Shown here in pieces: positions 49,401 through 58,617 of a stretch of DNA of 64,000 bases (the stretch's first letter is position 1; every line of letters begins with the position of its first letter). The translations under genes were made by a program, and so were the position numbers. Location of the stretch: the NCBI GenBank assembly GCA_035292445.1, contig DATDQB010000020.1, positions 91,484-155,483 on the forward strand, given 5' to 3'. The stretch comes from Candidatus Omnitrophota bacterium (GTDB lineage Bacteria > Omnitrophota > Gorgyraeia > Zapsychrales > Zapsychraceae). The notes beneath the pieces were generated by a model, which was given only the letters and a program-made list of their open reading frames with translations, had not been told where the DNA came from and did no database searches.

Positions 49401-49601
49401 TTAAACATTCTTTGTAATCGAATCTTTACTTTTATCTTCTTTTGTCTCCACCACATCATCATTCATGCTTCGTAATGCGTTCCTAAACTCTTTGATGCCT
49501 TTCCCCAGCCCCTTAGCGATCTCAGGAAGGCTCTTGGCACCAAATAGAAGAAAAACTACCAAAAATATTACGATAAGTTCTTGCATCCCTAGACCAAACA
49601 T
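49401..49601 (-). CDS. tatA: Twin-arginine translocase TatA
   Basis: MFGLG.QEL...LLFG...LPEI.KGLGKGIKEF. Confidence 0.93.
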   Translation of the reverse strand: MFGLGMQELIVIFLVVFLLFGAKSLPEIAKGLGKGIKEFRNALRSMNDDVVETKEDKSKDSITKNV

Positions 49602-49653
49602 TTGCCACCTCCTATTTTGTTTCTGAAAATCTTACTCTCTCAATGTTAATCAC

Positions 49654-50022
49654 TTAAGCCAAAACTAACCTTATAGCAACTGTATCATTCACCGTTTGAC
49701 AGGCAACGATACATTTAGCACAACCATCGCAAAATGAGGCATTAATAACCGGCTTCTGATCTTCCATCAAAATAGCCCTGTCACGTAAAGGGCATACCAA
49801 ATAACAAAGCTGACAACTGCCTCCACTCCAAGCCAGGCAACAGTTCGTATCTACTTTAGCCGTCTTTGCACGTTGGTTATCATTAATCACAATTGTTTTG
49901 ATTTCTGTTGTAACGTCTGTCGGCTTAGAACCTTCCTGGGTAAACAAAGACAGGCTAGAAGCCAAGTATTTGGGAAAACCCTTTAAAAAATCACGCCTGT
50001 TAATTTGCTGAAAATCCTGCAT
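49654..50022 (-). CDS. Small NapF/NapG-like ferredoxin
   Basis: NRRDFLK; CLAW...CQLCYLVCP; CDGCAKCIVAC. Confidence 0.8.
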   Translation of the reverse strand: MQDFQQINRRDFLKGFPKYLASSLSLFTQEGSKPTDVTTEIKTIVINDNQRAKTAKVDTNCCLAWSGGSCQLCYLVCPLRDRAILMEDQKPVINASFCDGCAKCIVACQTVNDTVAIRLVLA

Positions 50023-50027
50023 TTTGT

Positions 50028-50942
50028 CTAAACCTCTGCTTTTATCTTCAAACCATAAAGATCAAAGCATTGTGAACAAATACCCTGCTGTGGATCCCAA
50101 TGGGGATAATCTTTCTTAATTTCATTAACGACCGAAATCGTCTCTGCTCCACAAAGATCCATCGAGGTAAAACTTGTAAAATCACACAACGGACAACGCA
50201 AACCGCCTTCCCCTAAAACTTTTATGCTCCGCGGATCCCCCGCCCAACTTAACAGATCAATTTGCATGAGGCTTTCACAGCCGTGAATCTTGATAAGTAT
50301 TCGTTCTCGTTCCAGCGGATCCAAGAAAAAAAATTTTCTTTCAAATTCTTCCTTATATTCGTCATAAGACTTGACGGTCTGAAATTTTTTTTCTCTTAAA
50401 CGAACATCAATATAAAAATCCCACAAAAGACGAAACCGCTCACGGATCAAATTATCTTCAATTTCGTTCTTACCACCGAGTACAGGATGAGGAGAATATT
50501 GAAAATTGTAACTAAGCATATCCGAAATGCGCATCAATTCGTGTCGTAAAAATGATTCGAGAAAGACTAAATCTAACATCCTGCGCACCAATATTCCCAA
50601 ATAAACCGTTTTTTGATGCGGATGAACATAAAGCTCAGCTTCTTCACGTTTCTTATTCCACACTCTTTTGACAACTACTCGAGTCTCTGGTTTATACAGT
50701 TGTGGAAAATCTTTGCAAATATTCAGAAAAAACTCCTCTAACCCAAGGGTGCAGAAATATCTTTCATAAAGCAATTTAAACGCGTCCTCACGTTCCTCGT
50801 TTGAGGTAGCTTTCTGATAAATCTCCTCTTTTTCGTTATAAAAACCCGTAAAAAAAACATCTCCCTGCTTTGCTCTCATCAACAAAAAAACAGCTTCTTC
50901 AATAAACGTTGAATCAAAATTTATTTGAAGAGAATTGTTCAT
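50028..50942 (-). CDS. Hypothetical protein with degenerate HExxH and C-terminal CxxC...CxxC
   Basis: LRHELMRI.D; CPLC...CSQC. Confidence 0.7.
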   Translation of the reverse strand: MNNSLQINFDSTFIEEAVFLLMRAKQGDVFFTGFYNEKEEIYQKATSNEEREDAFKLLYERYFCTLGLEEFFLNICKDFPQLYKPETRVVVKRVWNKKREEAELYVHPHQKTVYLGILVRRMLDLVFLESFLRHELMRISDMLSYNFQYSPHPVLGGKNEIEDNLIRERFRLLWDFYIDVRLREKKFQTVKSYDEYKEEFERKFFFLDPLERERILIKIHGCESLMQIDLLSWAGDPRSIKVLGEGGLRCPLCDFTSFTSMDLCGAETISVVNEIKKDYPHWDPQQGICSQCFDLYGLKIKAEV

Positions 50943-50950
50943 AGAAGCAC

Positions 50951-51718
50951 CTATTGGGGAGTTGTCGGCCGTAGTAAACAACTCACACAACCGCTATCTT
51001 CCTTTTCTTGGACAGGACGGATAGGCAGATCTTCCGGCCCGGCCGTCACCCCCAACCATTCACAATCTGCAACAATGTACGCAAAAGTAAAATCCGCTAG
51101 GTCTTTTAAAAAACCTTGCTTGGCCTGCCGGCTAAGTTTTAACGCAAAAGAAGGGGCCCATCGGCCCAAGTGATCTCTAAGAAAACGTACCGAAGTCTCA
51201 TGACATATCTGAGCGTTATCGATTTCCTCATTCAATAAAGCATGGACTTCTTTGAAAAGCAAATAATGCATAAATTCACACTCAATAGCGATGTGATCGA
51301 TGCGTTCAAAATTTGTTTCTTTTATCTTTAAACCAAAAGCATTGTAAAATGCGGCGATGTCGCTCAATTGTTGCGGCTGGCGGTGCGTGTGTTCTTCCCC
51401 ATATTCGAGCTCATAACAGGGGACCGGACCGCTTGCGGTATATCCAAAACAATCTTCATATTGCATGACCCAATCTTTATAGGTTTTCTGATGGTATTTT
51501 TCTGACAATTTCTTTAACTGTCCCATTAACTGATCTTTATTACGAAAAGATAACGCCTCAACAATTTCATCCCACGGCAGATCCATGTTTTCTTTCTCAC
51601 AATCCGTCTTATTTGAATCCGGCTGATGGAAAAAATAAGCCATCAAGCGGTATATATGACTTCGGACAATAAGAGAATCAATATCAGATGGAATTTTGGT
51701 GCTTGTCTGGTCTGACAT
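50951..51718 (-). CDS. TorD/DmsD-family redox-enzyme chaperone
   Basis: YE..Y, FY.AFG, ERIDHI..E.EFM, FL..HL..W. Confidence 0.88.
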   Translation of the reverse strand: MSDQTSTKIPSDIDSLIVRSHIYRLMAYFFHQPDSNKTDCEKENMDLPWDEIVEALSFRNKDQLMGQLKKLSEKYHQKTYKDWVMQYEDCFGYTASGPVPCYELEYGEEHTHRQPQQLSDIAAFYNAFGLKIKETNFERIDHIAIECEFMHYLLFKEVHALLNEEIDNAQICHETSVRFLRDHLGRWAPSFALKLSRQAKQGFLKDLADFTFAYIVADCEWLGVTAGPEDLPIRPVQEKEDSGCVSCLLRPTTPQ

Positions 51719-52922
51719 GAAATGGCTCCTCGACTTGTGTCCGGAAAATCTCCTGTCCGGCTTTGTTATAGGCAATGATCGTATCGTTATATAACGTAAA
51801 CGGTTTGCCGTGAATCTGTGTTTCAAACACTTTGGGCCCTTGCTGGATCTCATAGCGGAATATGATTTGGTTCGATCGACGGAACATTTGCTGAACCGCT
51901 AAAAGCTCGCGATCAGGGACCATGTATGATTCAATGGCCTGATCGACGCCGGGGCCAAACATCTGCTTTAAAAATGGCCGTGGGACCCAGCGCGGAGGAA
52001 TATAATAACCATTAGGCTCTGTCCCGAATTGGGGATATAGGGGTAACGCCACTTTGGCGACTTTTACAAGATAATAGATCGGATTATATCGATCCTCCTC
52101 CCAACTCCCATCTTCTTTGATCTTGACTAATCCCTGAAGGCGAATTTGCCCAATGCATGCCGACATGCATCGTGTTTCCATCGGCTGTCCATTTCCTGAA
52201 GGGTCTTTTCCTTCCAACCGCGGATAGCATGCGATACATTTTTCAGAAACGCGTGTGGTCGGCCGATACATTGCCTTTTTATACGGGCAGGCTTCCACGC
52301 ACTTTCGATACCCACGGCAACGCTCCTGGTCTATAAGCACAACTCCGTCTTCGTGTCGTTTATAAATGGCATTGCGCGGACAAGCGGCCAGACAACCCGG
52401 GTAAGTGCAGTGATTGCAGATCCTCGCCAAATAAAAAAACCATGTTTTATGCTCAGGAAGGGTCACGCCATTTTTATGAAACGTGTTCTTAACACCTTCG
52501 GGGCCAACAGGACTGTCTTCGTAAATATTCGGAGCCCGCCACTCCTCATCCGTTGGAAGATACCCTAAGACCTTTTGGGATTCGTCCCCAATGTTTTTTT
52601 TAGCGGCCTCGAAAATTGTCATGCCATCAAAAGTCTCGCCGTTCCATTTTTGTCCATCGGGATTAACTTGATTCAATAATTGCAACAATTTAACGTCCCA
52701 ATGTTGTGGGTACCCTCCGTACGGCTTGGTTTCCACATTGTTCCACCACATATATTCCTGTCCTTTGGAAAATGTCCAAGTGGATTTGCAGGCCATTGTA
52801 CATGTCTGGCAACCGATACAACGATTCAAGTTAAACACAAAAGCAAATTGGGACTGAGGATGATGTTCCTCGTGAGGATACTCCATCTTGCGGTTGATCT
52901 GCCAATTATAAACTTGGCCCAT
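51684..52922 (-). CDS. nxrB: Nitrite oxidoreductase/nitrate reductase beta (Fe-S) subunit
   Basis: CIGCQTCTMACK, WWNNVETKP, CNHCTYPGCLAACP, CRGYRKC, PLYPQFGTEPNGYY. Confidence 0.92.
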   Translation of the reverse strand: MGQVYNWQINRKMEYPHEEHHPQSQFAFVFNLNRCIGCQTCTMACKSTWTFSKGQEYMWWNNVETKPYGGYPQHWDVKLLQLLNQVNPDGQKWNGETFDGMTIFEAAKKNIGDESQKVLGYLPTDEEWRAPNIYEDSPVGPEGVKNTFHKNGVTLPEHKTWFFYLARICNHCTYPGCLAACPRNAIYKRHEDGVVLIDQERCRGYRKCVEACPYKKAMYRPTTRVSEKCIACYPRLEGKDPSGNGQPMETRCMSACIGQIRLQGLVKIKEDGSWEEDRYNPIYYLVKVAKVALPLYPQFGTEPNGYYIPPRWVPRPFLKQMFGPGVDQAIESYMVPDRELLAVQQMFRRSNQIIFRYEIQQGPKVFETQIHGKPFTLYNDTIIAYNKAGQEIFRTQVEEPFHVRPDKHQNSI

Positions 52923-53220
52923 GATGTTCCTCCTTCGCCGGATTATTTTCATTTGTTCTGTCATAAGGTCGCCACATTCTCAAGGCCTCGAGAATAACGG
53001 AACGAACAAAATCGTCCCCTTTTTGATTCCAAACAAGATGCGGCCCATGATATAAAGGATTCCTGAACAATTTCATTAATTGCTCTTCCTTCCAACCTTC
53101 ACGGACAAACTCCTCAGCAAAGCATAAAGCCATATCTCGCAGCTGTTCTTCACTTTGATTGGGAATCTCCATACCAATCATCTCGATTGGATCATCTGGT
53201 TCAAATTCTTTTTTATTCAT
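52906..53220 (-). CDS. Small hypothetical protein between nxrA and nxrB
   Basis: EPDDP.E..G...MA.CFAEEF...G.....LF.NP.Y.GPH. Confidence 0.7.
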   Translation of the reverse strand: MNKKEFEPDDPIEMIGMEIPNQSEEQLRDMALCFAEEFVREGWKEEQLMKLFRNPLYHGPHLVWNQKGDDFVRSVILEALRMWRPYDRTNENNPAKEEHHGPSL

Positions 53221-53240
53221 GAATATAACCTTTTATAAAA

Positions 53241-56200
53241 TTAAGACCAAAAATCTTCCTGGGAAGATCCTTCAGCGTTGAATCCTCCTTCTAAATACTT
53301 CTTCATCGCATCATTTTCATTAGAGGGGGTGTATCCCGTTGTAGCCGGTTTCCATTTACCCACTCCATCGATCCCCCCGTCTTCAGCCTTCGTGATCCTC
53401 ACTAATGTCTCCTTAGGAACTGTGTTGACGGCGTGATTATCTGCTTCTCCGCCAAAAATAAATGACATAAACACTTTGGCTTTATGAAAGAGGGTATCCG
53501 TCTGATGCATAGGCATATGCCAATTACGCGTGACACTTTGTTGCGAACCGTAACGATAATTGGATTGATACATGCCTCCCTCGGAAAGCGCCCGCTTATC
53601 AGGGCGGGTTTCATGGGCTTTAACAGATTTCTCCGTTGCGATGTATGTTCCGTGCTTCATCATCACAATGTTATACGGATAGGCTGGGTTATACTTCACG
53701 CGAAGCATCAACCGCGCGACCTTATAAAAAGGATCGTCCGGTTTAGCACCAACATACGGCCGGTCGGCCGGGTTGGCATCCACATAAACATAATCTCCAT
53801 CGTTGATGCCTAAATCTTTAGCGGCTTGGGGATTAAGATGGATTTGCTGTTCCCCGACGCCAGGGGCTCTTTTATCCATGCGATAAGGATCTCCAAAATT
53901 AGAATCCCAAATCTGATGCCAATCCACATTACTCCACATCGAATGGACACGATGCCGTGTCTTAGGCGTTAAACAATAAAATTTAAAGCCGCGGTCCCAA
54001 AGGAAATTCGAAGTTTTCTTGACTTCCGACCATGGCATTTTGATATTACGGATAGTTCGTTTATCCCAATGTTCTTCATTTAATGGAATCCCATAATCTT
54101 TAGGACGAATGTAAGGGTTGCTGCTGACGATAACGTTTTGTAAATAAGGGGTCGCCTCCACCCCTTCGCGATGGACGATAAAATTTTCTCCATATTCAAC
54201 GGCTTCAGGAACATCGGTGTAGGCGTGTAACCTGCCCGTATCTGTATAAAACGGCTGGCTCTCATGGATCTGTTCCCAAAATGGAATACGCGGATACGTC
54301 CTATAAAGCATAAGCGCTCCACCTGAAGGACCATATTTACCATTCATGATATCCTCTAATTTATACCCCGTGGTTGTGGTTGATGAGTCCAGCAACCTCT
54401 GGATATAAACTTCACGCTTGCCTTCCAAGGCGAATTTCCAATAATCATAGAAACGCTTATCTCCCGTTAGCTCACTTAACTTTGCGGCGATTTGAGAAAG
54501 AATCATGATATCGTCCCGGCTATCAAAAACAGGTGGGATTCCGCCTTTCCAAATCTGCAAAAACGGATTTGAACACGACGCGGTTACTTCCAATCCTTCG
54601 AATTCAAGCCAACTATTGGCCGGCAAGGCAATGTCAGAATATTCAATGGATCCGGTCATCTGAATATCAATAGACACAATCATCTCAACATTTGGATTTA
54701 CATTTTTTATAATGTCATAACAATGTTTTGCGTTATTAATAAGATTGACGTTCGTGTACAAAATTGCTTTTGTTGGACTGGGCATATGCGTCTGCCCAGT
54801 GAAGACCTTACGCCCTTCTTTCGGCGTTTCAACGATAAGCGGCCGATCGCCATGGCCCCAATACGCCGGCTCTTCATCCTTAAAATACGCATGGACTTTG
54901 ATATCTTTTCCATGGACGTTAGGATCAAGGGTCGGCTCAAATGGATCTTCGGCCACCCATCCTTTAAATCCAGGCCCGGTCCAAGGTGATCCTTGGAAAA
55001 CAGCGGCTTTATAATTTCCTGCCCAAGCGTACACCCCAGCACCTTGCTTGCCGATGTTGCCGGTGAGCATAAACGGCAAGTAAGCGGCGCGGTTCATCTG
55101 GGTGGCATGGAACCAATGATTGATCCCTTCCCCCTGATGGAGAGCTGCCGGTTTGATCGTAGCGATATCCTCGGCTAACTGAACAATCAAATCTTTAGGC
55201 GCATGGGTTATCTCAACAACCGAATCTAAATCGTAATCTTTAAGGTGAAGTTTATAGAGGGAGAATAATGTCATCACTTCGATTTCTTTTCCATCGACGG
55301 TGATCACTTTAAAGCGCCCCTCCAACGCCGGCTGAAGGCCTTTTACTGATAATTGTGCGCCCACATCATCGCGCGTAATCGCTGCCGGCTGATTCCTCAT
55401 TTTGTCCCAAATAACAAAATCCCCTAACTTCTCATATTGTTCTTTCTTTAAACCCTGATATTTAAAACTCGGCCCATCCGGAGATAATGCCAATTCATAA
55501 TTCGGGAAGATTTCATGCGCTCGCAAACGCTTAAGATTGTCCGTCCGCACTAAAAGCGGAAAATCCGTAAATTGAAGCACGAAATTCTCGTCATATTGTC
55601 CCTTGTCAATCATTAAACGTGCAATTCCTAAGAATAAGGCGGCATCCGTTTGCGGCCGGATAGGGATCCAATAATCAGATTTCGTCGCTGGAGGGCTGTA
55701 TTCGGGAGAGATCGTCACCAACTTAGCTCCCCGCTCCATACATTCAATGAACCAATGGCTATCGACAATTTTATTCTCAACCAAATTTTTTCCATCCTGA
55801 ATAATGAGCTTACTAAACCGCAAATCATTAAAATCACAATCGGCATTTTGCAGGCCATGAACCCACGGATGCCCGGGGGCTTGATCCCCATGCCACGTAT
55901 AGTTAGACCATGTTCTGCCGGCTTTAGCTTCCTCCTCATGCACCCCTCTGATATGGGAATCCAATAAAGCTAATGTATTACAAAGTCGATACATGCCATA
56001 TTTTCCAAAAACACCCAACAACCCCATCCCTCCGCGCATTTTGATCGTTCGTGTTCCAGCCCCATCCATAATATCTATCATTTCTTTAGGGTAACCCTGG
56101 GCCAAAAGTCTCTGCCGACCATCCTCACCGCTATAACGCCTGGCAATCGCGATCAAGGCCTTACCCATATAGGTATAAATTTCGTCCCATGAAATTTTTT

Positions 56201-56708
56201 CAAACCTATCTGATCCGCGGGAATTAAACTTATATTTGTCCTTATTGGCATCCGTCAGTTCCGGAAAACCGTCATCAGCCCACTCTCGCCATCCCTGACG
56301 GACAATCGGATGTTTTAATCGATACGGCCCGTAGACCAATTTATGAAAAGTATATCCCTTGGCGCATTGACGAGGATTCCAATTGGGAGTTGCTTTATTA
56401 CCATAAATGTCCGTATACGTCTGATAATCATATTGATTTCCCATGCGGATGACGATGCCGTTACGGACAAAAGCCGTAGCACGGCAGGCATGCGTATCAT
56501 TGGGGGAACATACCCAAGAAAATTTACTATCATAACGATACTGGTCACGATAGATCTTCTCCCAATCGCGGTTAGGATAATAGGCTAAAGGATTATCAAT
56601 CGCAGGGTCAGCCTCAAATGCCCAAAGAGAAAGGTCGTTTGAGAATAAAATAGCCCCTAAACTGGAAGCTGCCGAAATTTTCAAGAATTCTCGTCTGGTT
56701 AATTTCAT
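53241..56708 (-). CDS. nxrA: Periplasmic nitrite oxidoreductase/nitrate reductase alpha subunit (anammox/Nitrospira type)
   Basis: Tat motif TRREFLK; FS0 CSPNDTHAC...RQCAKG; Mo-ligand region YTWHGDQAPGHP; RGGMGLLG; 1155 aa. Confidence 0.92.
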   Translation of the reverse strand: MKLTRREFLKISAASSLGAILFSNDLSLWAFEADPAIDNPLAYYPNRDWEKIYRDQYRYDSKFSWVCSPNDTHACRATAFVRNGIVIRMGNQYDYQTYTDIYGNKATPNWNPRQCAKGYTFHKLVYGPYRLKHPIVRQGWREWADDGFPELTDANKDKYKFNSRGSDRFEKISWDEIYTYMGKALIAIARRYSGEDGRQRLLAQGYPKEMIDIMDGAGTRTIKMRGGMGLLGVFGKYGMYRLCNTLALLDSHIRGVHEEEAKAGRTWSNYTWHGDQAPGHPWVHGLQNADCDFNDLRFSKLIIQDGKNLVENKIVDSHWFIECMERGAKLVTISPEYSPPATKSDYWIPIRPQTDAALFLGIARLMIDKGQYDENFVLQFTDFPLLVRTDNLKRLRAHEIFPNYELALSPDGPSFKYQGLKKEQYEKLGDFVIWDKMRNQPAAITRDDVGAQLSVKGLQPALEGRFKVITVDGKEIEVMTLFSLYKLHLKDYDLDSVVEITHAPKDLIVQLAEDIATIKPAALHQGEGINHWFHATQMNRAAYLPFMLTGNIGKQGAGVYAWAGNYKAAVFQGSPWTGPGFKGWVAEDPFEPTLDPNVHGKDIKVHAYFKDEEPAYWGHGDRPLIVETPKEGRKVFTGQTHMPSPTKAILYTNVNLINNAKHCYDIIKNVNPNVEMIVSIDIQMTGSIEYSDIALPANSWLEFEGLEVTASCSNPFLQIWKGGIPPVFDSRDDIMILSQIAAKLSELTGDKRFYDYWKFALEGKREVYIQRLLDSSTTTTGYKLEDIMNGKYGPSGGALMLYRTYPRIPFWEQIHESQPFYTDTGRLHAYTDVPEAVEYGENFIVHREGVEATPYLQNVIVSSNPYIRPKDYGIPLNEEHWDKRTIRNIKMPWSEVKKTSNFLWDRGFKFYCLTPKTRHRVHSMWSNVDWHQIWDSNFGDPYRMDKRAPGVGEQQIHLNPQAAKDLGINDGDYVYVDANPADRPYVGAKPDDPFYKVARLMLRVKYNPAYPYNIVMMKHGTYIATEKSVKAHETRPDKRALSEGGMYQSNYRYGSQQSVTRNWHMPMHQTDTLFHKAKVFMSFIFGGEADNHAVNTVPKETLVRITKAEDGGIDGVGKWKPATTGYTPSNENDAMKKYLEGGFNAEGSSQEDFWS

Positions 56709-56736
56709 ATTATTTTATCCTTCCTGTTGGATAAAT

Positions 56737-58419
56737 TTACTTCCCAATAACCAACTCATTCCAAATCGATACTGATTTTTGACCGTTACGATCATGGGCT
56801 GAGCCGTCCCAAATGGCGAATGCGATAGAAACCGTATTAGCTCGATCTAACTGTAAATCTTTCTTATTCGATACCTTTAATGACCGGACGAATACAACAT
56901 GCCATCGGCCATCCTTCCAGACGCCGTTAGCGTCAACATCGGTCGCGGCCGCAGGATAAGCTTTATAGGTTCCCTGACCAGCAGCAACCGCCTGTTCAGC
57001 ATTTTCAGTTTTTTCTACATCAGCCACTGGATTCCCTGCTCCCCATGCTGTCAAAAACTGAGGATCGTGATATTTGGCAGACGATTCTTTTGGATCGAAT
57101 TCTTCTCCATGTTGATAATGCTTGTCGGATGAATACCAATCCGTTCCGATATTGGGATAACGCGATTCGATGTCCTTTCGCCCATCGGTTGTATTTTGCC
57201 AACCGGACTTCCAATGCCACATATAAACCGAATCTTGCGGGTTTCCCATCCCAAAAAATGGCGGGTCTTTTTTCATCGAGAACTGGAGGGCTGCTCCATC
57301 GGAAAATGCCTGCATGGCCACTACATCATCGTCCTGAATAGGGTCATTCCATGACAAATAAATGGCCATTTTATCTTGATTGTATACAACTTTAACATCC
57401 ACCTTTTCAATACGCTCATCTCGCCACCATAAAGGAGTCAGCCCTATCGATATCGGTTCAATCTTAGACCATTCCTCCCAAAGAGGATCAGGATTGATGT
57501 CTAAATTAATTTTCTTTGAATTAATTGTGGTCTGCTTAAGCCGTGCCCTTGCTTCCGCTTCAGGGGTCGTAAGCGTCTGTACAAAATGAATCAGATCCCA
57601 TATCTGCTCTTGAGTAAAAACGCCGTTATAACTTGGCATGGGGGTCCCCGGCATTCCCGCCATCATACGAAAATATAATTCTTCTGAACTTGAATCACTT
57701 TTAAAAATACCGGCTGTCAGATCACGGGGTTTTGTTGGAAGCCCTTGGCTGTCAGTCATATTTTGCTGACCATCCCCCCTGCCCTGTAGCCCATGGCACC
57801 CCGCACAAGAAACCACAAATAATTCACGCCCTCTTACCAAAGTCTCTTGCGTGACTTCTGGTTCTGGAGGAATCTTAATAATATTTTCGGAAGCAATTTG
57901 TTTATTGACTATTTCCTTTATATCATTCCAAGAAAATTCATTTTTTATTCCCTTCTCTAGAACTTTTCCAGATTCTTTGAACTCATCTGCTTCAGACAAA
58001 TATCGGACATAATAAACCAATGCCCACCTATCCCTCTCTCTAAGATGCGCCCATGGTGGCATGGAAGACCCGGCCATCCCCCGGGTAATGACCTTAAAAA
58101 GATCCTCATCCGTTGCCTGTTGATTTGTCGTTGAGATAAACCGAAATTTATCACCGACAAAGTCCCGTGGTTTAGGAGACAAAAGGTACGCCGCCTTGCC
58201 ATCCCCTTTCCCCTGCGGCCCGTGACAGACGGAACATTGTTTTTGATATAATGTTTCTCCTCTTGAAAATAATTCTTTGGTGACTGGGGGGTTTTCCTTA
58301 TAAGATCCTTGCGACTCCGCTTCCTTATTCATCCCTAGGGAAATCCATAGAAAATGGATAGCTATGAAAAATAATAAAAGATTATTTTTTCTCGGGACAT
58401 CGCTCGGATATTTCCTCAT
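56737..58419 (-). CDS. Diheme cytochrome c fused to an EbdC/NxrC-like heme-b domain
   Basis: CSVCH and CAGCH; C-terminal W.D, D.AA.QF, MG, W.W, FAIWDG....R.G.K. Confidence 0.85.
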   Translation of the reverse strand: MRKYPSDVPRKNNLLLFFIAIHFLWISLGMNKEAESQGSYKENPPVTKELFSRGETLYQKQCSVCHGPQGKGDGKAAYLLSPKPRDFVGDKFRFISTTNQQATDEDLFKVITRGMAGSSMPPWAHLRERDRWALVYYVRYLSEADEFKESGKVLEKGIKNEFSWNDIKEIVNKQIASENIIKIPPEPEVTQETLVRGRELFVVSCAGCHGLQGRGDGQQNMTDSQGLPTKPRDLTAGIFKSDSSSEELYFRMMAGMPGTPMPSYNGVFTQEQIWDLIHFVQTLTTPEAEARARLKQTTINSKKINLDINPDPLWEEWSKIEPISIGLTPLWWRDERIEKVDVKVVYNQDKMAIYLSWNDPIQDDDVVAMQAFSDGAALQFSMKKDPPFFGMGNPQDSVYMWHWKSGWQNTTDGRKDIESRYPNIGTDWYSSDKHYQHGEEFDPKESSAKYHDPQFLTAWGAGNPVADVEKTENAEQAVAAGQGTYKAYPAAATDVDANGVWKDGRWHVVFVRSLKVSNKKDLQLDRANTVSIAFAIWDGSAHDRNGQKSVSIWNELVIGK

Positions 58420-58528
58420 AGTACCCCCCATATACTAAACTACCCGTTGATACTCCAGATGATGCAGCTTTTACCAATTCCTACCTTATTAAATTATTGA
58501 ATAATACAACATTTTTTTATTTAGCTTT

Positions 58529-58595
58529 ACTTTAATAATAAAAAATAGAATTTAAAATAGTCTGTAATACCTAAAAAGATACGTAGGACTACTTA
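58529..58595 (-). promoter_or_regulatory. Paired 16-bp boxes (58558-58573, 58580-58595) plus -10-like TAAAGT
   Basis: tagtctgtaataccta and tacgtaggactactta, starts 22 bp apart. Confidence 0.6.
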
Positions 58596-58617
58596 GAAAC
58601 AATTATTAAAAAACTAA

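Noticed and set aside
51684-56708. Calling the host an anammox bacterium or nitrite oxidiser
   Set aside because: No hzs/hdh or carbon-fixation genes in the window; the enzyme is reversible and appears acquired
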